DNA of 64,000 nt. Source: a virus. Numbering within the stretch: position 1 is the stretch's first letter; every line of letters starts with the position of its first letter. The stretch covers positions 1-64,000 of the IMG/VR virus record IMGVR_UViG_3300042863_000147; one strand, written 5' to 3'. The notes under the pieces were generated by a model. That model had not been told where the DNA came from, searched no databases, and saw nothing but the letters and a program-made list of their open reading frames with translations. This document shows, piece after piece, positions 59,901-64,000 of the stretch. A program made the position numbers and the translations under genes.

Positions 59901-61661
59901 GTTAGAAGTGTGTATGTATTAGTTGATGGACAAGAGATTCCTGAATCAGTATCTCCTAACTTAGCTGAATTTGGTTATAAACTAGTCCCAACTGGATCTA
60001 ACAATAATCGAGCAGGAGTATTTGTCCAAGGACTTACTACAGGCCAACATGACATAGAAGCTTGGTTCTTTACCAGTCCTTATCCTACTTTTAATAGAGT
60101 TAATGATCAATTCTTTACAATTGAAACTACTGCAACTTCCAGTGTAACACTTCCACTTGCTCCGTCATTAATTGAACCTGCAAGCGAGCAAGTTATTGTT
60201 GAAAAAATAACTTCAACTAGTAGATATAGAATGCTTCCGCCTTGGGCAAGTTATTACAAAGTTCAAAACGGACAGACAACATTTGCAATTGATCCTAAAA
60301 ATTCTAGACCTGCAACATATAGTCTAGATAATGTTAGGGTCTATATGAACGGTAACGAACTTCGTCCAGGATACGACTTCACAGTTAGTGGAATTAACGA
60401 AACAGTAACATTGACCTATCCGTTACTTGCAACGGGCGATGCGATAGCAATTATATCATTAGTTGATTATGATTACATAGTACAAGGCAATACATTAACA
60501 TTTGCAACACCTGTAGCAAATGCAACTATTAAAGTAACATCATTTACTAATCATGATAACATGATGATTAGAACTGAACGATTTGAAGGTAATTATGGCA
60601 GAAGATTTGAATTAACATTCCCTGCAATAAGCGATACATATGTATGGGTAACTGTTAATAGCAAACCTTTAATTGCTGGGTATGATTATAAATTATTTGA
60701 AGACTTAAAGACAATTGAACTTTCTGAATTCGTTGATGTTGGCGACAACGACGACATTGTAGTAGTTGTTGTTAATCCTATATCTTACGGAGATACTGTT
60801 CTTGGATATCGTGTCTTTAAGGATATGTTTGATAGACACCATTTCCATCGACTATCCCGCGAATTTACTACACGACTAAGCCAACCTGTAGAATTTACAA
60901 GTGACAAAATTTTAGTCGAGCAAGGTGACAATCTACTACAACCTAATCCAGGATTAAACATTCCCGGAGTAGTTATTATAGACGGTGAAAGAATTGAATA
61001 CGGTGCAAGGGACGGCAATCAATTAAGTCAATTAAGAAGAAGTACATTAGGAACTGGTCCAGCACGATTCTCCGACGAGGGTACCAAAGTAATTGATGTA
61101 AGTCTTCGTCAAAAAATTGCAACAGTTGATTACAGTTTAATTCAACATATTGCTAGTTCGAATACTACTACTTACATAATAAACACATCATCGAACAATT
61201 CTGTTTTTACAATTAATACAACATCGAACGTGGGTGATGGTATTACTTTATCAACGGGTGTTAATGCAGTTGATCAAGTAGACGTATATTTTGGAGGCCG
61301 CCGACTACGGAAGACTCCTCTAGCAGTTCATGATAAAAACTTAGCATATTATGATTCTGCTGATACAGTGGTAATACACCCACCAGAGTTTAGTATAACT
61401 ACATCTACACAAGAGATTATATTAAATATTGCTGACGAGATTTCTACAGGTACTAGAATAACCATTGTGAAAAAAGTTGGCAAATTATGGACCGGAACAG
61501 AAGCCACATCATTGCTGTCAAGTACCGCAACACAAGCGGGATTCTTAAGGGCACGACCTGCAGAGTTACCGGACATTTATTACTACGGCGGAGACAAAGT
61601 ATTAGTAGAAAACAGCAATGCACTAACAGACGAAACTGGAGAACCTCTAGAAGGATATTAA
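47946..61661 (+). CDS. Giant multi-domain baseplate protein (gp7-like) with a seven-blade propeller and CBM-like modules
   Basis: 4571 aa after gp6. N-terminal NLLPEYLRT..KFL, IKDKGT, YINEIKPYHTKIR, FG-GAP-like blades, GSGYT..PTV modules. Confidence 0.7.
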   Translation: MADIKKSVNLLPEYLRTSKNSKFLSSTIDQLIQTPRVERVDGYVGSKLTPNYNPSTDFYIKQASLLRQNYSLEPAAIFNDQAGNVTDVVSYDDLINELSIQGAKTDNLDTLLRSKFYAYDPLIDWDKIVNYTDYYWVPLGPDAIILFDENLDVTDIIGNQTYTMSNGYPLSNGMKIAFFDNTIQAEYRRKEFIVEGVGSSIKLLDFSLLSSNDRISRVFDEEFDSTIFDSYPFDSDRKFPITPDYITINRSSNDLNPWSKYNRWFHRDVIQATAEINKVPVIYPLAARARRPIIEFKPNIQLFNFGKVGIRDVDVIDVTTKDAFNEVDGTYGYYVDGVLLQKGHRVIFNADSNNDVRGRIYEVNFDVTGPVPVLRLVVPSDNLPSELDSVGVNFGTDYYGTNWFFDSSINQWKYAQQHNAVNQPPLFDLFTNDGISISKITDASNFTGNQIFGYEVGTGVVDEVLGFPLKYKNNIKVGTGSFPFRTYFLTDVISIISNNQSSSLSASTTFLKLNDSLVNIWVEAEDYQIPIIEVQTISESTSSLVLTCLDKPINTNISVTASVNDVIVPVTITATPSSVTVNTEDILPAGSTIQLKIETDQLPNSNGFYESPVGLTKNPLNEIISSITLSELGDHLSSMTGKLTGFTGKNLRDLSNYTKYGSRLVANANPIVFSQIFLGKKEHNVIDAIRQAGTFYDQFKMNFLRLLTTVDDQLSAADALDEVLKTINKARDVKSPYQRSDMLGYGDDKIVRTFTVTSRGNVEYPTGIEFDLTRLSFNSVLVYLNSVQLIANRDYTFDYINGSVTLLTALNIDDVISINYYPNTLGTYIPPTPSKLGLYPAYVPELFTDTSYVTPSLSIRGHDGSIIKAYGDYRDAIILEYETRVYNNIKTQYRKEVFDIIGIQPSAFRMSKYDIDDLNNILVNDFSRWSGINNIDASANTVFDEGNPFTWNYKGSVDNVLDSVVSGYWRSLFKYFYDTDCPNTRPWEMLGYSIRPEWWIDTYGTAPYASTNTLLWNDLKNGYSRGENAVFSKYVRPDLLSIIPVDSTGNLKSPNLFLVSPNGYQDKIAKWTFGDQSPAETAWRRSSNWPFAINAAAALLDPCGYCSALYDVSRTSVNALNQITYQTDGLYLNPKNLLIEGEDNTQVAGFGTYLVEKGKQKDQNYVNTLRQDLTNLKVSLFHKLGGFASKEKLQIIIDSIDPTSTSPGVVLPPEDYSLILNVSNPIKVARVSGIIVQKSEGKFIIKGYDVANPYFEILRPLKTAISGVVKVGGVSEQFSDWSNVVNNGNKGLSSVDTTSANSTTSRYYKQGQLVRYNSRFYRVKVGHEAQSTFDSSLYQALPELPIVGGAVAQLPARYETEVTKVPYGTEMTSVQEVYDLIVGYGAFLEKEGFVFDEFSTELNEILNWKFTGKEFLYWTTQNWADNSLITLSPFANYLKYSFPNSVTDNITSSKYEYSLLKADGKPYPIERVTTDREDTVCTIRTNDPNEGLFFATLNSVQKEHGMVFNNFTIFNDTIYDTPTGYKQRRIKLSGFRTKDWNGDLFSPGFVFDNVKITDWKSYENYLPGAVVRYNGKYYESLVRITADSTFDFTKWSQLADKPESQLLPNFDYKINQFEDFYSLDIDNFDYGQQQLAQRLTGYTPRTYLNNIFTNPISQYKFYQGLIKDKGTKNAVDKLSKASEFTNKGDITFKEEWAFRIGHYGSYETFKEIEFPLTEGSSLENPYIVKFDNTSPFDANPLINYVTPADLLITSTDYNPASTFSSYPSTWLDNNIKLSTAGYVRPDDITSTAYNKNSLLDIANNSIIKNGDTIWLGFQENGDWTVYRYINQLAKITGVFVSAPGSEITFVSDSHHGLQIGDIISIVRFNEQVDGVYVVNNVTELNQFTVSSELASIENAELLNYGSLYKFENARYSNLTELSQVTDLLKLNAGDKVWIDEGLAGKWQVYEKVKNYLTTAIEPANFPMGQKFGYTIFATDDSLVMLVSSPSWRIDGAFSQGRVKVLNKVNNKWVNRYDYMLNNSRDVYCSPTSSTQFGYSLNYDLNKKLYFTGAPEATYVRAPLTTGTVILSTGSGVAKTFINEGLVKINSRSEDFGIINVDLVLVNPNAGTELTANNSRFGHSIYIDQVEKTSATTVLVSAPGTSTFAGVGSVYAYRLTPDTVDSITTATLSVHPSGLSVESTSSIVLSNGSQWGYKIAGSNDGLLIAISAPGYSTATGVVQLFDSNLQHVQTILSPFGEKGKFGYDITVSSSKQYLIISAPEVKSSNVPFGKVVIYTLTDDGTYELYQMINNPLPGVDLKFGYSISISDDESTIAIGSLGKSRSKEQVYDSNSNIPSTVFDSGSTTFFESLPDAGTVYVYNKLGDYFVQADELNDVLIVPGSRYGSAVIATNDEIFVGSPTSQNNVGSTEDQSNLFIFGKKDKDSLSWKLLREQTDTTEISNITRVALIDTLNEEVIDYLDVIDPLKGKIAGIAEQELKFKAAFDPAVYSIGLAGVIVNTTINWMDEHVGELWWDLSTAKYMWYEQGDEIYRKNNWGRMFPGASIDVYEWVKSDLLPNEWAAQADTTEGLVNSISGQPKYPDNSVISVKQLFNNVTGSFENVYYYWVKNKVTLPAAKNRRLSGSQVTSYIADPVASGLKFIEVLSTNAVAFANVQPSLISDRINANIAIDLNSVVPKHTEWLLLNEGDHTSVPNTLLEKKLFDSLIGQDSLGNAVPADELTSRNRYGIGIRPQQTLFKDRLGALRNALTFVNSVLASNQIVGIYSFETLNKREEIPNLQLYEYDLIVEDLDVLQEISTINYVRAEVTCHALNGKLRNIVIDNPGFGYLIAPKLTILSSSRTPAEVVTEIDAQGRVISASIVSAGAGYDDGILSSLIRPHSAIVEVNNLAGNRWTKHSFDYDLKAWTTAQTQKYNTPLYWSKIDWVSKDYDSYRLVAYTISDLFELGSLSSVEAGEYVKVKNIGDGNYAILKKVEDGGNYIPSYDIIYREQGTIQISDLLWNYNSGKVAYDAATIEETLYDQIPSQELLYILTALKNDIFVNNLKVNWNLFFFNAVKYALTEQKLLDWAFKTSFINVKNKIGTLNQRSVYNLNNEQYFEQYINEIKPYHTKIRSYTSAYDKTEQADVYTTDFDLPSYYNTLTDTLDVVQLGDSLISTAPWKSWNENYKLYVGAIEVGYTGSGYTQRPTVTITTIPGDTGTGAAAEAYIRNGSVYKVLVTNPGSGYTMPPTVTITGGGQVTDVARVSVVMANNNVRKNIIGMKFDRTSVEGDLIDLTVTDEFICDGTLDKFTLTWLASPDKKTITPLLDGKLIYGTDYTIEYYQTKVSDRYVDVDKSFPKGSWEGETMVDHRYRYFVNTNSTDDVVGSIRHYAKFVFLKQVPNDGQVFKITYKKSLDLYNAIDRINSLYNPTDDMPGKELPLLMSGAEYPGTSLQGLMFNQTPQWDSTGTQYDTAPWGDYISSYTTKKLKSDLYIGTQNFTVDSTDGIAVGQTVKVVGTSTVAHFKPGTVVTDVLSGSNQVIIGTLSTEKTMITHAVSTNTAIGSVVTLETSKLFHTAINKDDFIQINGIESLLGRGISLYVNVISPPAVSTSTAIPSVTVTFSPPDFPGGIQATGIPVFDQNTATAVLVTNPGMGYRNAPTVTYTGTNMLSTGFAVAYLDPGYNQFAQVTTCTSNTLQFRTAFTLSSTATILEPGAGFYLASQIVNEIGSADKLIDHVTLVSSGTTSISVNTFAPRNNVVRAEVTLNSTQINSTSTDTLWYSISNSVDGYNRAVVTIQDTLTNTIINGDVDVKLYDNTELEFYTYDTDYNLDSIVDGSNLVDTSVGYKPEDIVIDGNTFLNAFDSYAPEECVPGHVRDSVGINVYTVSEPSAPLVISGAFAAIDSGISAAKLSFVPDTPLGFLVYANGKSFTRVANQAAFSSSTQYCFYEGSIVVPAQPANTRVGYTYVTAGADVLFDSSYVSTDTEQSGNTGTAMASSLLLIDDVRSVYVLVDGQEIPESVSPNLAEFGYKLVPTGSNNNRAGVFVQGLTTGQHDIEAWFFTSPYPTFNRVNDQFFTIETTATSSVTLPLAPSLIEPASEQVIVEKITSTSRYRMLPPWASYYKVQNGQTTFAIDPKNSRPATYSLDNVRVYMNGNELRPGYDFTVSGINETVTLTYPLLATGDAIAIISLVDYDYIVQGNTLTFATPVANATIKVTSFTNHDNMMIRTERFEGNYGRRFELTFPAISDTYVWVTVNSKPLIAGYDYKLFEDLKTIELSEFVDVGDNDDIVVVVVNPISYGDTVLGYRVFKDMFDRHHFHRLSREFTTRLSQPVEFTSDKILVEQGDNLLQPNPGLNIPGVVIIDGERIEYGARDGNQLSQLRRSTLGTGPARFSDEGTKVIDVSLRQKIATVDYSLIQHIASSNTTTYIINTSSNNSVFTINTTSNVGDGITLSTGVNAVDQVDVYFGGRRLRKTPLAVHDKNLAYYDSADTVVIHPPEFSITTSTQEIILNIADEISTGTRITIVKKVGKLWTGTEATSLLSSTATQAGFLRARPAELPDIYYYGGDKVLVENSNALTDETGEPLEGY

Positions 61662-61662
61662 A

Positions 61663-62514
61663 ATGCCAAATATTACAATACTACCCACTATTACTACAGC
61701 ATCAAATGAAACAACATTTGTTATTGTTGATAATAGACTCACTAGGAGAATGAGTTATTCAAACTTAAAGATACAAATATCTAGAGATCTTAAAGCTGAA
61801 GGATTTCAGGGCCCAACTGGATCAACTGGTACTAGCGGCACCAATGGTATTAATGGAATCGGTGTTCCGAGTGGCGGAAATACTGGACAAGTTCTTGCTA
61901 AGGCAAGTCAGGCTAATTTCACTACTACCTGGATAACATTAGCAGCGGTATCAACTACCGGAAACTATTCTTCTCTTATTGGGATACCAGCAGCATACAC
62001 TGCCACTAGCATTGATTCTTTCATCGATGTGGATACATCAACAGTTCCGCCGACTAACGGTCAAGCTCTATTATGGAGTTCTGGGAATAATAAATGGCAA
62101 CCGGCATCGGTTGGAGCCGGCATAGGGTTATCCACTAGGACAACGGCAGTTGGTAGTTCTGTATTAAGCCTATCTCCTGGCCAAACTTCAAATGGTCAAA
62201 TAGTAGGGTTTAAGTCTTATCTATTATCTAAAGTGACTACAGATTATCCTGCATGGGTTAGAATTTATACAGATGCTGCAAGTAGAACAAATGATTCAAC
62301 TAGGACAGAAGGTAACGATCCCCTTCCGGGTAGTGGAGTAATTGCAGAAGTGATTACTACAGCTGGATATTTAACTCAATTAATAACTCCGGGTGTGATA
62401 GGATTTAATAATGACACAGTGACTACTTCTACCATTTATGTTGCAGTTACAAATAAAGACTCAACTAGCAGAACTATTTCAACCACCTTGAGCATATTGC
62501 AATTGGAAGCCTAA
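61663..62514 (+). CDS. Short fibre-like protein with a brief collagen-like segment
   Basis: GFQGPTGSTGTSGTNGING, GQVLAK, NGQALLWSS..KWQP. Confidence 0.65.
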   Translation: MPNITILPTITTASNETTFVIVDNRLTRRMSYSNLKIQISRDLKAEGFQGPTGSTGTSGTNGINGIGVPSGGNTGQVLAKASQANFTTTWITLAAVSTTGNYSSLIGIPAAYTATSIDSFIDVDTSTVPPTNGQALLWSSGNNKWQPASVGAGIGLSTRTTAVGSSVLSLSPGQTSNGQIVGFKSYLLSKVTTDYPAWVRIYTDAASRTNDSTRTEGNDPLPGSGVIAEVITTAGYLTQLITPGVIGFNNDTVTTSTIYVAVTNKDSTSRTISTTLSILQLEA

Positions 62515-62515
62515 A

Positions 62516-64000
62516 ATGCAAGAACACGAATATATCATAACATTACATAGATTTGAAGATTTAGATTCTTTCTATGAAGATATGGAAACTCCTGGCGGAA
62601 ATTTATATATTCCTAACAGAGCTATTGACGTTTCTGAGAGGAGACCGGTAAGTAGAAATACTCATTATCGACTAACAGACGAGGAAGCAGAATCTATTAG
62701 GATGGATCCTCGGGTAATGGCAGTTGAACTAACACTCGATGCACAAGGTATTATAATAGAACCGTCATGGACGCAGTCGGACACTGATTGGAACAAATCA
62801 GCATCAGTCTCCTCGTCTTATAAAAATTGGGGACTGCTGAGATGTGTTGAGGGACAGCAGAGGCCTAGTTGGGGTCTAAATGGTGTTACTGAGGTATCGG
62901 GAGAAATTAATGTAACTGCAAGCGGCAAAAATGTAGATATTGTAATAGTTGATGGACATATGAATCCTGGTCATCCGGAGTTTGCGGCAAATGTTGATGG
63001 TTCTGGGGGCACTAGAATTAAAGAGTTCAACTGGTTTTCCCTTAATCCTTTAGTAAGAGGTAGCGCACCGGGGACATATGTTTACACTCCGTATATTGAT
63101 GCTACGTATCCGGACGACAACGGTGACGGGTACTCTGATAGAACAATAGACAACGACCATGGCACACATGTTGCAGGGATAGCAGCTGGCAATACACAGG
63201 GCTGGGCACACGATTCTAACATATATAATATAAGTCCTTACAGTAATTCCCCGAGCACTACTCCGTTTTTTTTAGATTATATAAAAGGTTGGCATCAAAC
63301 TAAAGAAGTTAATCCGCTTACTGGAGTTAAGAATCCTACAATAACCAATCATAGTTACGCAATTGTTAGGGAAGTCTCGATAAGCACTATTGCTAGAGTT
63401 AGATATAGAGGTGCAATAATTGACGGACCATTTACATCTTCTCAATTATTAGGGTACGGAATTTATAACACTGGAGGAATTGCAAAAATAGCTGCACGGA
63501 ACACTGCGGTTGAGCAAGATCTAATTGACCTAATGAATGCAGGGATCATAGTTATAGGTGCTGCCGGCAATTTGTATTCTAAGATCAGCACTGAAACAGC
63601 ACTAGTAAATGATGACTATAATAATTACATCGAAACAACTGGCTTAGATTATTATTTCTATCTTAGAGGTACTATTACCGCAGTAACTGGCTCAATTTGC
63701 GTTGGTGCAATTGGAGCATCAATTGATGATTCTAAACTTGATTTTAGTAATTGCGGCCCGCGAGTTGATGTTTATGCACCTGGAAGACACGTCATGAGTG
63801 CTGTAAATTCTGCAATTGGAGTATTCTCAAATGACGCTCGTGACACGTTATACAGGGTATCTAAAAAAACTGGAACATCGATGGCCTCCCCTCAAGTAGC
63901 CGGAATTGTTGCATGTTTGGCAGAAACTTGGCCTACTATGAAACAGTCTCAAGTACTGACGTATGTGCAGTCTCGTGCAAAAACAAATCAAATTACAGCA
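62516..64000 (+). CDS. Subtilisin-like S8 serine protease, truncated by the right window edge
   Basis: Not in the ORF track. ATG at 62516; DIVIVD, HGTHVAG, GAAGN, FSNCGPRVDVYAPG, GTSMASPQVAG. Confidence 0.92.
   Translation, partial: MQEHEYIITLHRFEDLDSFYEDMETPGGNLYIPNRAIDVSERRPVSRNTHYRLTDEEAESIRMDPRVMAVELTLDAQGIIIEPSWTQSDTDWNKSASVSSSYKNWGLLRCVEGQQRPSWGLNGVTEVSGEINVTASGKNVDIVIVDGHMNPGHPEFAANVDGSGGTRIKEFNWFSLNPLVRGSAPGTYVYTPYIDATYPDDNGDGYSDRTIDNDHGTHVAGIAAGNTQGWAHDSNIYNISPYSNSPSTTPFFLDYIKGWHQTKEVNPLTGVKNPTITNHSYAIVREVSISTIARVRYRGAIIDGPFTSSQLLGYGIYNTGGIAKIAARNTAVEQDLIDLMNAGIIVIGAAGNLYSKISTETALVNDDYNNYIETTGLDYYFYLRGTITAVTGSICVGAIGASIDDSKLDFSNCGPRVDVYAPGRHVMSAVNSAIGVFSNDARDTLYRVSKKTGTSMASPQVAGIVACLAETWPTMKQSQVLTYVQSRAKTNQITA

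Noticed and set aside
1-64000. Stop-codon reassignment, tRNAs, integrase or transposase
   Set aside because: Genes are full length in the standard code, with TAA, TGA and TAG all used as stops; no cloverleaf or mobile-element motifs were seen by eye

Overview
This window is a 64 kb slice of a large T4-related (myovirus-type) phage genome, made up almost entirely of virion morphogenesis genes. From left to right: (1) a minus-strand block of Thr/Ser/Gly-rich fibre and structural proteins, including a 2202-aa repeat protein; (2) the head module (gp23, gp22, gp21, an acidic core protein, gp20); (3) a tape-measure-like gene facing gp26/gp51-like genes; (4) a minus-strand island with gp55, gp47, gp46, two Hc1-like basic proteins, a minimal GIY-YIG nuclease and a ~480-nt densely structured non-coding region; (5) a plus-strand baseplate module (gp48-like, gp53, hub, gp5 with GH19, gp25, gp6, a 4571-aa gp7-like protein), a short fibre and an S8 protease. 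The most notable observations are: seven ~160-aa repeats in the 2202-aa protein that resemble phycobiliproteins, including the C-x-R-D bilin-binding motif; a candidate large pseudoknotted ncRNA directly downstream of the compact GIY-YIG gene; a predicted -1 frameshift (T TTT TTC) fusing the gp26- and gp51-like ORFs, as in lambda G/GT; a three-way-junction leader RNA; and TAAATA late promoters that imply leaderless mRNAs. All assignments come from reading motifs by eye; no searches or folding programs were run.
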